Source: a virus | Taxonomy: Duplodnaviria; Caudoviricetes | IMG/VR virus record: IMGVR_UViG_3300037255_000025 | Location: 105,749-169,748 of that record | Length of the DNA: 64,000 nucleotides | Reading direction: 5' to 3' (one strand) | Shown here: positions 8,282 through 17,995 of the stretch, one piece after another | How the letters are laid out: each line of letters opens with the position of its first letter | How positions within the stretch are numbered: the first letter of the stretch is position 1 | Program-made: the position numbers and the translations under genes | Notes under the pieces: generated by a model | The model's database searches: none | What the model saw: only the letters and a program-made list of their open reading frames with translations | Told to the model about the DNA's origin: nothing

Positions 8282-8764
8282 GTCGTCGACTGCGCGGCCG
8301 ATGCCCCGCCGGCCGCGGCGGTCTCGCCCATCGACTTCCTCAACGCCCAGCTCACCCAAGTGACGCAGGAGCTCGACGAGGCGCTGGAGAAGCTCGAACG
8401 GATGCCGTGCGGTCACGCGCGGTTCGAGCAGCACCGAGAGATGCACGCGAGCGCTACGCCGTACTGCACGGTCTGCCGGATCAACCACGACTACCGGGTA
8501 CTCGAAGAAGAGGAAGCGCGTCTCGACCTAGCGCTCGAGAAGACCCAACAGGAACTCGATCGTGTCCGCACCGCGCTGCAAGAGGCCTCCGTGGTTGCGA
8601 CGAAGGCCACCGATAGGCTTCTGGATTCCCTGCCCGGTCGGGTCCTTCGCCCGTTGCGCGAGGCGGTCGATGCGCTGCGCAAGTCCGGCGACATCGAGGG
8701 CGTGATGAACGCTCAGCGCGACATCATCGATGCAGCGCTTGTGCTGTTCCCAGAAGCAACCTAG
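8237..8764 (+). CDS. coiled-coil hypothetical protein
   Basis: GTGA overlap with tnpB stop; CGH...CxxC motif; start uncertain. Confidence 0.55.
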   Translation: MKQTGPENVFGPFFQVVDCAADAPPAAAVSPIDFLNAQLTQVTQELDEALEKLERMPCGHARFEQHREMHASATPYCTVCRINHDYRVLEEEEARLDLALEKTQQELDRVRTALQEASVVATKATDRLLDSLPGRVLRPLREAVDALRKSGDIEGVMNAQRDIIDAALVLFPEAT

Positions 8765-9462
8765 CGATCAGCCCGTTCGGCACGGGCGATCATGTCGTCG
8801 TTCGCCGCCCTGTGGGCTTCCCTGTCGTGGTGATCTTCCGCGTGCGCGTGAGTCGACGCCATCAACGTGTTGCTGGCCTTCTTCCACGCGTCCTTCGCGT
8901 CGGAGTGGGCTTGGGCTGCGTTCTGGTGAAGCTCTTCGAGGGTTTGGTCACCGCGAGTGACCCCCGCGTTAGCCAACTTCGTGGCAGCGTTAGCGGCCGC
9001 CGACGCGGTCTTCGCCGCGTTTTCCTTCGCCGATGTCTTCTGCGCCGCCACGTCTAGGGTCTTCGCGTCGCCTTGGTGCGCGGTCGCGGCCGCTTCGTGC
9101 GCCGTGGCCGCTTTGTCGTGTTGCTCGACGGCGTTCTCGTGGGCGTATGCCATGTCCGGCGTATCTGTCTTCTTCTGCTTCTCATGGTCCGCGGAGGCTT
9201 CCTTGTGGGCCCCCGCAGCCTTCAGGTGCGCGGCAGCCGCATCCTTGTGCGCGGAAGACGTACCCTTGTCCTGGGCCGCGCGCGTCGCGGCCCCAGCTGC
9301 TTGTGACAGTTTCGCCGCGGCCCCCGACTTCCCGCCGAGGTCTTCAGTTCCCGAACCGCGGCGCTCCGCCGCGTTACCCGCGCCGGTAGACGCGAACCGG
9401 CCGTGTTCATCACGCTCGGCCTTCGTCACCAGGAAGCTCAACCGCTTTCGAGTCGTTTCCAT
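8761..9462 (-). CDS. Ala/His-rich helical protein with RDEHGRF motif (putative virion-internal)
   Basis: VTKAERDEHGRF; HxxAAxAH repeats. Confidence 0.65.
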   Translation of the reverse strand: METTRKRLSFLVTKAERDEHGRFASTGAGNAAERRGSGTEDLGGKSGAAAKLSQAAGAATRAAQDKGTSSAHKDAAAAHLKAAGAHKEASADHEKQKKTDTPDMAYAHENAVEQHDKAATAHEAAATAHQGDAKTLDVAAQKTSAKENAAKTASAAANAATKLANAGVTRGDQTLEELHQNAAQAHSDAKDAWKKASNTLMASTHAHAEDHHDREAHRAANDDMIARAERADR

Positions 9463-9490
9463 CGCAGGTACCTTACCTCAAGCGGGTGTT

Positions 9491-10306
9491 TTAACGGAGA
9501 CCGAGCGCTCGGAGCTTCTTTTCCACAGTTGAGCGGGCACGGCCGAGATCCCGGGGCCAGTCGACGACCTTGACGATCTCGAGGCGCTCGAGCGCCGCGT
9601 TGCGCGCGGGAGTCGGCTCGGGCTCGGCCTTCCAAAGACCGTTGACGCCAAGCCGGCTTCGCTCCGCCGTTTGCTCCGGGGGCGCCGCGCTGGGCTCCTG
9701 GCACTTCTTGACCCGGCCGTCCGCGACGTCATCGATTTGCTCCGCCGGCAGGACCTCGTTCCCCGCGTCGGCGTCGACGCCCGCCCGGAGGAACAAACCA
9801 CGGGTCCGCGCCGACCGGGAGGAACTCGACTTGGCCGTGGGTCCCGCCGCGGGGGCCCCGGGTTCAACGATCTCGGCCAGCATCCACAGCGGCTTGTTCA
9901 GTTCGTGCAGGACGTCATCGAGCACGCGGTACGTGTCGGGATCGCGCTCGCCCGCGACGCTCGCGCGCGTGCTGCTGAGCCGCCGCACGACCGTCTGGAG
10001 CATCGTCCGGATCGCCGCCGCGACCGCGATGCCCGTGAGACCCTCGAACGACGGCGTGGGCAAGTCGGTCACGACGGTCTCGGCGACGCCGCCCAGCGCC
10101 CGCACGCGCTCCATCACGGCGTCGGCATGCTCGGTCAGCAGCCCCTCGTAGAGCCGCTCGAGGAACCGATGGAGCGCCAGGAACTGCGGGCCCGTGACGT
10201 TCACGTGCGCGTTGTGCGCCGCCAACCCAAGCGCGTTCAGCTCCGAGGCACGCCGGTTCAGCTCCGCCACGAGAGAAGATCGCTCAACGTCGGGCATCGT
10301 CATCAC
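9491..10306 (-). CDS. dps: Dps/ferritin-like protein with C-terminal extension
   Basis: AHNAHVNVTGPQFLALHRFLE and DAVMERVRALGG Dps signatures. Confidence 0.85.
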   Translation of the reverse strand: MMTMPDVERSSLVAELNRRASELNALGLAAHNAHVNVTGPQFLALHRFLERLYEGLLTEHADAVMERVRALGGVAETVVTDLPTPSFEGLTGIAVAAAIRTMLQTVVRRLSSTRASVAGERDPDTYRVLDDVLHELNKPLWMLAEIVEPGAPAAGPTAKSSSSRSARTRGLFLRAGVDADAGNEVLPAEQIDDVADGRVKKCQEPSAAPPEQTAERSRLGVNGLWKAEPEPTPARNAALERLEIVKVVDWPRDLGRARSTVEKKLRALGLR

Positions 10307-10391
10307 CTTGTACCTCTACCAGCGAGACGCGCGGACCGCGAGTTCTTCGGACCAAGAGCTGCGCGCAGTTGAGAGCCAAAGGCGGAAAGAG

Positions 10392-13300
10392 CTAGACGGG
10401 CGTTCGCCTAGCCAAACCACTGATGCTCCAACCAGTGTACTGGCCCGCCTTGATCTGCGCCCAAATCTCGTCGTCGACCACCCTACAGGCGAGCAACCAA
10501 GTCCCCTTCGCGACCTTACGGCCGTTGATGATCAGGTCACAGGGTGCGATGTAACTTTCTACCGGTCGCAAATGCCCGTTCACGAGGACCTTATGCTGGA
10601 GATCGATGTTCCGGTAGTCCTCCATCCAGCGGTGCGCCGACTTGGCGATCTCATCGGCGTCGTAAGTGTCGAATTGCGCGTCCACCGACGGGGACGGCTT
10701 CAGCACAATTCCAAGGATGTACCGCTGCTCTACTGGAGCCGCGTCGTCGGCTTTCCCGACCTCGACGATCTCGACCTCGCGCTCGTCGGCCTTACGGACG
10801 TGGCGCTCGTTGATGAACCCTGGGTCGCCCGTACCCTCGGCTGCGGGCACGACCGGGATGAACGGCCGCGTCATCGAGTCCGCGGAGTCGCTGGCCTTCT
10901 GGGCGAGACCTTCGAGTGAGCGGTCTGGCGTCGGCGTGTTGCCCTCGGCGGCGCGCAACGCGGCGCGCACGTCAGGACCCGCGGCCTTTTGGGCGAACTT
11001 CCCGTCGTCCTCGCGTGGCTGGTCACCGCCAGACCCCGCGCCCTTGTCGTCCGCCTTTGAGCCGGTTCCGTCGGGCTTCGCCACCGCGACCTTCTCGGCG
11101 TGAGCCTGGCCCGCGTCGAGTTCTCCCTGGAGGTCGGCCCAAGCCTTCGGGTCGTCGATGTCCGAGTGGAGCCGGTCGAGCGCGTCGTGGGTCTTCTCGG
11201 CTGCGGTCTTGTGACCCTCGGCGGCCTCTTGGTGGCGCTCAACGCCCGCCTTGTCGCCCGCCTCGGCGGCCGCGACGGCGGCGCGCGCGTGCTCCGCCGC
11301 GGCTTGCTCGTGGTCCCCGGCGACCTTTGCGGCCGCGGCGGGGTCGGGCTTCGCGGCCTTGTCCCCGTTGAGCTTGTCTCCGCCGGGCTTCTTTCCGTCA
11401 GCGGCGATCTGCCGCGAGGTCGTGCCCGCGCGATCGGAGGCGTGCTGCGAGACGATGTCGAGTGCGTTGGACACGACGTTCAGCGTCGAGTGGAGCAGGC
11501 TCCGGGCATCGGTGATCTGTGCGGCCTCGTGCAGCAGGTCTAGCCCATGGCCCGCGCGGGGTGCGGCTCCGTTGGCCGTGCTACCGCTTCCCGAAGCGCG
11601 CGGGGTCTTACCGCCCGAAGCCGCCCGCGGGGCCCGGTCCTCGCCCGACAGGGGCGCACGGCGGTCGTGTTCGCTCACGCGCGCGCCGGTCGAGCGATGG
11701 TGCTCGTCGACGTGGACCGACGCCTTCGCGACCGCGGCCTCGTTGATGTCGTCGAGGAGCTTGCGCGCGGCAGCCGAGCACGACGCCTTCACGTCCGCCG
11801 GCAGGTTTGACTGCGGGATCCGCGCGAGCGCGTTGCGCACGTGGGCCGCGTCGGGCTTGCCGTCCGGACCCCGGACCGGGAAGTGCCGGAGCGTCTTGGG
11901 CGTCGTCTTGCCGTCGACCTTCTCGCCGCCGGACTCGACGTGGAGGAACGCGGAGTCCGGAAGGTCGTTTACCTCGGCAGAACTCCACTCGGCTTTGCGA
12001 ACCTCGGCGAGGTCGAGCGCCGCCGCCACTGAGTCCTCAAACGCGTCCGCCAGGAGCGCCTTCGTGACCTCGGCGGGTTCGAGACCCAACAGGGCCTTCA
12101 CCATCTGCACCGACGTGGTCTGGATGCACTTCAAAGTCGCCGAGGGCTCGTGTTCTTCGAAGGCTGCCGCCGCCTTGTCGGCGTCCTCGAAGCCAAAGAG
12201 GATTGCGTACTCGGAAAACTGGCTGTCGGCTTTCTGGTGTACGGCCCATTGGGCGCGAGTATCGTTCGCCTTCGGCCCGAGGAAGACGTCCAGGCCCGTC
12301 CCGACATCCCCCGCGATCCCGGGGATGAATCCGTAGTCGAACTTGTAGACCAAGTCGCCCAATTCACTCTTCTGAACGAACCCCGCGGGGCGGTCGACGT
12401 GGACCGGGACGCCTTGGTAGTCGACCTTCTTGATGACGGGACCGCGGGGTGCGCGTCCCGTCGGAAGTGGCTGGCCGGGGGCGTCGTAGCCCTCGGTGTG
12501 CCCCTCCTCGCCGACGACCTTCTGCGATACCGCGTAGCCCACGGGGGTGTCGCGCCGGACCGTGTAGCCCGCGCCGGGCTCGGCTCCGCCGACGCGCTCG
12601 TCAGGACCGGGAACCTGCGGGCTGTTCTTCGCCGCGGGCTCGATGCCGTCGTCCTCATCCGACGGGAGCTTCGCTCCCTTACCGGGCGCGGGAGGCCGCG
12701 GCTTTCCCGGAGCCTTCGGGGTCCTGGCCGCAACGCCGCTCTTCGGCGGCCCCGCCGTGGTGTCCGCGGGGTCCTCCCCAGGCGGGGCCTTGCCGTCGGG
12801 ACCCGTCTGGTCCTCGCCCTGTCCGGCGAAGTCGCCCAGGCCCGCGCCTTCGGCGGAGTCCGTCGGCGCAACGCCACTCGTCAGGTCGTCCCAGTCCTTG
12901 TCGGTCATGGACGCCAACGCGTCCTGGATGCCGGCGAGGATCGTGTTGGTGAACAGCTCGGTCCCGTCGTCATCGCCGAGGTCGGCCTTGAACGTGACGC
13001 CGATGGCACGCTGGGCCGCGTGCTTCGCCAAGTGCTCGACCGTGTGTTCGGCCGCGTGAGCCGCCAGGTGGTGCGCCAGGGCCTCGGCAAAGTGCGGGAC
13101 GGCGTGCTCGATCGCGGACCCAACGGCGTGTCCGACGCCGGGCAACGCGGCACCAACGGCGGCGAACGCGAGCTTGACCGCGACCTTGAGCGCGACGGTC
13201 CGCATCGCGGCCTTCTGCTCTGGCGTGACTTCTTTGCCCGTAACGGCGCTCTTGAGCCCCTGAGCCGCGGTCTTGACCAATCCGACCTCGTGCATGACCG

Positions 13301-13883
13301 CGCCCTTGAGCGCCTGGGGCGCGCCCTTGATCTTCTCGACCGCGGACGCCAGCGCGCCCTTGACCCCGGCGGCGAGCTTCGCCGCGCCCCCGGCGGCGCG
13401 CCACGCCGCGACCTCGGCCTTGTTCGGCTGGGTCAACGGGGTCGCGCGCGGGTCGGGTGAACCGTTCGGCTTGGCGCCCGCGGGACCCGCGTCGGGCTTG
13501 TCCCCAGCCGGCTTGGCGCCCGCGGCCCGACCCTTAGGCTCCTTCGCGGGGTTCACGTCGGTGTACTGGTTGTGATGCGCCTTGCTGACGTCCCAGTCCT
13601 TCAGCAGGCGCGTGAACTTGTCCTCGTGCGCCTGGTCCGGGACCAGCATTCCACCCGAGGCCAAGTCGCTCTCGCCCACCGGACCCCCGGCGAGCTTGTG
13701 GAGCGACTGGACCGCCGACTTGGCCGCGCGGGCGAGCCGGTCCTGGGCAGCGCTTTGCGCCATCGCGATCTCGGCCGCGAGGTCACCCCGCAGGCTCCGC
13801 ACGACCTGGCCCGCCCGGGCCGACAGCGCCGCGGGCGTGATCTCGGATTCCTCACGCGGCGTGAGCTTCGTCGGCAGGGGCAT
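10392..13883 (-). CDS. multidomain head protein: PPase-like domain, LPDSAF domain and C-terminal XkdF-type prohead protease
   Basis: DYGFIPG..GLDVFLGP; NDLPDSAF..HVRNALAR; VDAQFD..IDLQH..VESYIAP..KGTWLL..TGWSISG. Confidence 0.8.
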   Translation of the reverse strand: MPLPTKLTPREESEITPAALSARAGQVVRSLRGDLAAEIAMAQSAAQDRLARAAKSAVQSLHKLAGGPVGESDLASGGMLVPDQAHEDKFTRLLKDWDVSKAHHNQYTDVNPAKEPKGRAAGAKPAGDKPDAGPAGAKPNGSPDPRATPLTQPNKAEVAAWRAAGGAAKLAAGVKGALASAVEKIKGAPQALKGAVMHEVGLVKTAAQGLKSAVTGKEVTPEQKAAMRTVALKVAVKLAFAAVGAALPGVGHAVGSAIEHAVPHFAEALAHHLAAHAAEHTVEHLAKHAAQRAIGVTFKADLGDDDGTELFTNTILAGIQDALASMTDKDWDDLTSGVAPTDSAEGAGLGDFAGQGEDQTGPDGKAPPGEDPADTTAGPPKSGVAARTPKAPGKPRPPAPGKGAKLPSDEDDGIEPAAKNSPQVPGPDERVGGAEPGAGYTVRRDTPVGYAVSQKVVGEEGHTEGYDAPGQPLPTGRAPRGPVIKKVDYQGVPVHVDRPAGFVQKSELGDLVYKFDYGFIPGIAGDVGTGLDVFLGPKANDTRAQWAVHQKADSQFSEYAILFGFEDADKAAAAFEEHEPSATLKCIQTTSVQMVKALLGLEPAEVTKALLADAFEDSVAAALDLAEVRKAEWSSAEVNDLPDSAFLHVESGGEKVDGKTTPKTLRHFPVRGPDGKPDAAHVRNALARIPQSNLPADVKASCSAAARKLLDDINEAAVAKASVHVDEHHRSTGARVSEHDRRAPLSGEDRAPRAASGGKTPRASGSGSTANGAAPRAGHGLDLLHEAAQITDARSLLHSTLNVVSNALDIVSQHASDRAGTTSRQIAADGKKPGGDKLNGDKAAKPDPAAAAKVAGDHEQAAAEHARAAVAAAEAGDKAGVERHQEAAEGHKTAAEKTHDALDRLHSDIDDPKAWADLQGELDAGQAHAEKVAVAKPDGTGSKADDKGAGSGGDQPREDDGKFAQKAAGPDVRAALRAAEGNTPTPDRSLEGLAQKASDSADSMTRPFIPVVPAAEGTGDPGFINERHVRKADEREVEIVEVGKADDAAPVEQRYILGIVLKPSPSVDAQFDTYDADEIAKSAHRWMEDYRNIDLQHKVLVNGHLRPVESYIAPCDLIINGRKVAKGTWLLACRVVDDEIWAQIKAGQYTGWSISGLARRTPV

Positions 13884-13967
13884 GGTGGGGCGAAGCCTAC
13901 ATCGGAAGACGCCGCGGCGTCACCTCACCCGCGCTAAGGCGGCGCCGACCGGGTAAGATGCTTCGCG

Positions 13968-14165
13968 ATGCCCTACCGCCTGACGATCGACCTTTCCGAC
14001 GCCTACGCGGCGAAGCTCCGGGCGCTCGCGGAGACCCGGAAGCGGTCCCCCGAACAGTGCATCCTGGACTTCCTCGCGGCCTGTCAGCCCGGCGGGTCGG
14101 GTTGGCGTAACCCCGCGGACGACCACCACGAACGGGCAGACGAACCTGAAGGTGAAAAACCGTGA
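13968..14165 (+). CDS. ribbon-helix-helix (CopG-like) protein
   Basis: RLTIDLSD..AKLRALA...RSPEQ. Confidence 0.6.
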   Translation: MPYRLTIDLSDAYAAKLRALAETRKRSPEQCILDFLAACQPGGSGWRNPADDHHERADEPEGEKP

Positions 14166-14386
14166 CCCCGACGGCGTCTCAGCAGCGCGTGCTCGAGTGT
14201 CTACGGGCGACGCCGGGTTGGCTGAGCCGCATGGCGATCGTCCGCGCGACAGGCTTGGGCCGCGAAGTTGCGGCGGAGGCGCTACACGCCCTACGACGCG
14301 CTGGCCTCGTGGAGCGGACGTTCGAGGACAGTGGGATCTGGCGATGGGTGCAAACGAGCACCCCCGGGGGTAAGGGGCCCGTATGA
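14162..14386 (+). CDS. winged-helix DNA-binding protein
   Basis: IVRATGLGREVAAEALHALRRAGLVER..WRW. Confidence 0.65.
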   Translation: MTPTASQQRVLECLRATPGWLSRMAIVRATGLGREVAAEALHALRRAGLVERTFEDSGIWRWVQTSTPGGKGPV

Positions 14387-14622
14387 AGCCCGCCGAAGTA
14401 ACGATGCCCGCCCCCGCCCGCATGACCAAGATGCTGAACGACGCCGCCTACGACGTGGAGCTGGTGGTGCGACGCCGCGCCGAGTCCACTGCGGACCCTG
14501 ACGCGCTCACGATGCCGTTCGAGATCCCGATCGGCGCCGATGAGCAGCGCAAGATCCAGGGCCTCATCGCCGCGAGCCAAGAGGGCGACGAGGGCCCAAA
14601 GTTCGGACCGCCCGCGGAGTAG
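14383..14622 (+). CDS. hypothetical protein
   Basis: Coupled ORF with GGGTAAG motif upstream. Confidence 0.55.
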   Translation: MKPAEVTMPAPARMTKMLNDAAYDVELVVRRRAESTADPDALTMPFEIPIGADEQRKIQGLIAASQEGDEGPKFGPPAE

Positions 14623-15255
14623 CTACTCCGACGAGAACTTTCCGTGGTCGTCGCGGTGGACGCCCGGGCCAGTCTTCGGCCTAGGGTTCCCACTCGTCGT
14701 TGCCATGTTTTTGAGGCCCTCGGCCACCGCTCGGGACAACGCAACCCCGCGTGCGCCGCCGTACTGAGCGCGGAACGCCTTCGCGGCCTCGGCGGCGCGC
14801 TTTCCCGCTTCCATGTCGATGACGCGCTTGGCCTGGTTCCGTAGGGCCTTCCAGTCGATCGTTACACCGGAGGCTTTGGCGTACGCGGTCCACTGCCGCG
14901 TCGTCTTGTCCTGCTTGGCGCTGTTACAGGACAAGCAGCAAGTCAGCATGTTCTTCGCGTCGGACCCGGCACCATCAAGGTTGCGCGCCAGGATGTGGTC
15001 GATCGTGAGCCCCACGCCCTGCCCAGTCGGGTCCTTCGTGTGGCAGTAGGCGCACGAGTGCCCATCGCGGGCGTACACGGCGTGGCGCGTGGGCTCATAA
15101 ATCTTCACCGTTTTGGCGCTCTTGCGGAGGAACGCGAGGGCTTTGCGGGTCGCGCGGACCGCCTTCATCTCGTGACCCGGCGGCGCCACGGCGTTCTCCG
15201 GCTGCGAGACCTCCTGGAGCTTCGCGGGCTCGGTACCTAGAAGGAAGTGGCGCAC
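14623..15255 (-). CDS. HNH endonuclease with C-terminal RDDHGKF motif
   Basis: RDGHSCAYC...TIDHI...NMLTCCLSCNSAK. Confidence 0.85.
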   Translation of the reverse strand: MRHFLLGTEPAKLQEVSQPENAVAPPGHEMKAVRATRKALAFLRKSAKTVKIYEPTRHAVYARDGHSCAYCHTKDPTGQGVGLTIDHILARNLDGAGSDAKNMLTCCLSCNSAKQDKTTRQWTAYAKASGVTIDWKALRNQAKRVIDMEAGKRAAEAAKAFRAQYGGARGVALSRAVAEGLKNMATTSGNPRPKTGPGVHRDDHGKFSSE

Positions 15256-15267
15256 GGTCCGAGAGCG

Positions 15268-16176
15268 TCAGGCCGGGACGTAGCTGACGCGGACCTGGAC
15301 GGGGTTCTCGCCCAGCATCGCGACCTTGCCGTCGAAGATGTACGGGACGCTGTAGAATGTGTCCTGGTAGCAGTACACGACCGAGTCGACGTAAACCTCG
15401 CGGGGCCACGGTCCCTCGCCGCACATGTTCCCGGTCTCGGGCTTCGGCGGGTACCGGAGGTTGAGCGCGGCGCGGATCGCTCGCTCGACGGTGTCGAACG
15501 AGGGCCCGACGGCCTTGGCGACGCCGCGCATGTCGAGCGCCTGGTCTTGCTTGGTGACCTCGCGGACCGGGACCACGCCACCCTCGACCTTCCCGCGGTC
15601 GGTCGGCTCGGGCTCCTTGGTCTGCGCCCGGACGTCGTCGCCCGTGCTTCCCTTCTGAGCCTTGGCCTTCTCGGATTCTTCCTCCTTGGCGATCTTCGCG
15701 GCCTTCTCGATGGCATCGTCGCGGCGCGAAGGGTGGCCCTTGAACGCCGCCGCGAGGTCCTGGGGCCACGCCTTCGCAGAGGCTTCGAGCGCGGCCTTGG
15801 CCGCCATCTCGACCTCGGTCGAGTCCCCGCCGTCGTCGTCTTTCTTGGCGGGCGCGGGCGGCGCCTTCATCTTGCCCACGAGGTCGAGCGCGGCCTTGGC
15901 GGCGGCCGAGAGCTTGAGCGGGGTCTGCTCGCCCTGGATGTTGGCGGAGGCGTTGGGCTTGACCTCGTTGGCGTCCGCGGCGGTCGACGAGTCGTGCGTC
16001 GTGGCCCAGGGCATCTCGGTCTTGGCCACCGGGATCAGTTCGTCGCCCCGCCGGTGCGTGAGGTCCTGTGCCGCCTTCGCGACGGAGCTGTACGTGGCGG
16101 TCACCGGGGCAGGCGCGACGCGCTCCCGGAGCCTACGCGCCTTCGCTTCTGCCGCGACGTCTTCGATGATGGCCAT
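15268..16176 (-). CDS. putative head morphogenesis/scaffold-like protein
   Basis: Ala/Lys-rich with several VxKA motifs; first gene of the head-associated operon. Confidence 0.5.
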   Translation of the reverse strand: MAIIEDVAAEAKARRLRERVAPAPVTATYSSVAKAAQDLTHRRGDELIPVAKTEMPWATTHDSSTAADANEVKPNASANIQGEQTPLKLSAAAKAALDLVGKMKAPPAPAKKDDDGGDSTEVEMAAKAALEASAKAWPQDLAAAFKGHPSRRDDAIEKAAKIAKEEESEKAKAQKGSTGDDVRAQTKEPEPTDRGKVEGGVVPVREVTKQDQALDMRGVAKAVGPSFDTVERAIRAALNLRYPPKPETGNMCGEGPWPREVYVDSVVYCYQDTFYSVPYIFDGKVAMLGENPVQVRVSYVPA

Positions 16177-16262
16177 GTCGGGCAGCCTACACGCGCCCGC
16201 CTAGGTGTTCAACGTCGTGCTGTCCCGGCGCGCCCGGGCGAGGTAGGCTGCCCGACATGGCC
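16171..16262. promoter_or_regulatory. divergent promoters within a perfect 20-bp inverted repeat (GTAGGCTGCCCGACATGGCC)
   Basis: Arms 16171-16190 and 16243-16262 each contain TAGGCT-N7-ATG of the divergent genes. Confidence 0.8.
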
Positions 16263-16691
16263 GACGACCCGTACCGTTACGCCGCCCCCACAGGGAACAC
16301 ACCAAAGAAGGACGGCGCCACGGCGTGGTCGGTCGCCGGGCCCCACGGCGAGGCCTGGATGCGGAGCCTGTCCCCGATCGACGCCACGAACTTCAACGCG
16401 ACCGGCGCGATCAACACGGTCCCGACGGGCTACTCGACCTATCCCAGCGCCCCCGGGATCGACCTCGTGGCGCTGAGCAAAGCGCGCAAGAGCGACTCAA
16501 ATGGCGATGGCACCGGTGTGGGGCGCCGCGCCTCGGGGTTCCTCGCGGCCGACAGCACGGGCGGGACCGTCGTGTTTACGACAGGATCGGGCCAGGTTGA
16601 GACCTGGGTCGTGCCGGCGGGCGGTGGGGCCTCGGTCGAGATGACGCACCTCGCCGCATACAGTGGCACGAACCTGATCGTGTTCTGGTGA
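16257..16691 (+). CDS. hypothetical virion-associated protein
   Basis: Beta-rich ORF heading a fibre operon. Confidence 0.55.
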   Translation: MADDPYRYAAPTGNTPKKDGATAWSVAGPHGEAWMRSLSPIDATNFNATGAINTVPTGYSTYPSAPGIDLVALSKARKSDSNGDGTGVGRRASGFLAADSTGGTVVFTTGSGQVETWVVPAGGGASVEMTHLAAYSGTNLIVFW

Positions 16692-17995
16692 GCGCCGCGA
16701 TGAACCGGCCAACGAAGCTCGCGCGAGGACTCGCGATCCTCGCGCTGGGCCTCACGATCGGTGCGTGCGGTCAGTGTGGCCCCGCACCGACGCGCGTGGC
16801 GTCGACGTCGGAGACCAGCACGAGCGCCGGCAAGCTCGTCGTCCCGGAGGTGCAGTTCCCGGTGAACGGTCGGAGCCCGTGGCAACCCGGCGGTGTGGAG
16901 GGTCCCGGGGGGCCGTCCATCATCGCCTCCGCCAACTTCACCGCGCTGGCGACGAGCGGAGGGGTGTTCACCGTGCCCCCGTCGTGGCTGTCGATCTCGT
17001 GCGCGACGACGGGCCGAACGGTCCAAACGAGCGCCTCGACGATCGTGTCGGGAATCGGCGCGAACGCCTGGCGAGCCCGTAACGTCGGTAGCGGGCTTGG
17101 TCTATCCGTCGAGTCGAACCGTACCAATTTCGCCACATATGGAGCGTCCGGGACCTCGGGGTGGTCCACAAACGGGGCCACGATCACGGCAGCATCCGGG
17201 CCAGACGGAACGGCGAATGCTGCCGTCACCGTCGCGTGGACCGCAGGCACGTCCGTCGCGGGATACGCCGGCGGAGGAGCCTCCAGCAATGCCGTCTCGT
17301 TTTGGGAGCGCGACTTGGGCGGGTCTCAGACCATCGGCTTTTTCGACATCCAAACAGGCTCACCGACGATGGTGCTCAATACCGCGCCGACATGGGCTCG
17401 GTACTCGACCTCTGCGTGGGCTGCTATCAGTCCACAAGGGCTGGGTTGGGGCTCGTGGTCGGGAGCGCCAAATCCAAACGGTTCTGGGACTGTGTGGGGA
17501 TCGCAAATCGAGACAGGGCTATATCCGTCGAGCGTGATCCCAACGAACGGGTCTGAGGACATCCGCGCCGCTGACACGCTGAGCACGACGACCGCGATCG
17601 CGCCGTCTGGGCGGCTCAACATGACCGAGGTCGTCGCGCCCAACTTCGCGAGCGGCGAGCAGGGTGTTGACTCGCCGATCCTTTGGTGGAGCTCGACGAA
17701 TCAGATATACCTCCAGCAGAGCACCGGCAAGGTCGTCGTCGATGTCGGTGGCTCGCCGGTCCTCACGAGCGCGGCGCTCACGTGGTCGCGCGAGCAGGCG
17801 ATTACCGTTGCCGTTCACCTCACGCCCTCCGGCGCGCTCTCCCTCACCGTGAGTGGAGCGACGACGGGCAACGGCACCGTCAACACCACCGGCGTCGGCA
17901 CCTTCAGCACGGGCGCGACCTCCTATCTGCTCGGTACGTCGAGCGGCGCGCAAGAATGCGCAGACCTCCGCAGCGTGAGCTTCGCGGCGCCATGA
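16688..17995 (+). CDS. fibre/spike-like lectin-fold protein with N-terminal lipoprotein-like signal
   Basis: GLSVESNRTN and YPSSVIPT..RAAD patterns seen in phage spike/fibre proteins; LGLTIGAC. Confidence 0.6.
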   Translation: MSAAMNRPTKLARGLAILALGLTIGACGQCGPAPTRVASTSETSTSAGKLVVPEVQFPVNGRSPWQPGGVEGPGGPSIIASANFTALATSGGVFTVPPSWLSISCATTGRTVQTSASTIVSGIGANAWRARNVGSGLGLSVESNRTNFATYGASGTSGWSTNGATITAASGPDGTANAAVTVAWTAGTSVAGYAGGGASSNAVSFWERDLGGSQTIGFFDIQTGSPTMVLNTAPTWARYSTSAWAAISPQGLGWGSWSGAPNPNGSGTVWGSQIETGLYPSSVIPTNGSEDIRAADTLSTTTAIAPSGRLNMTEVVAPNFASGEQGVDSPILWWSSTNQIYLQQSTGKVVVDVGGSPVLTSAALTWSREQAITVAVHLTPSGALSLTVSGATTGNGTVNTTGVGTFSTGATSYLLGTSSGAQECADLRSVSFAAP

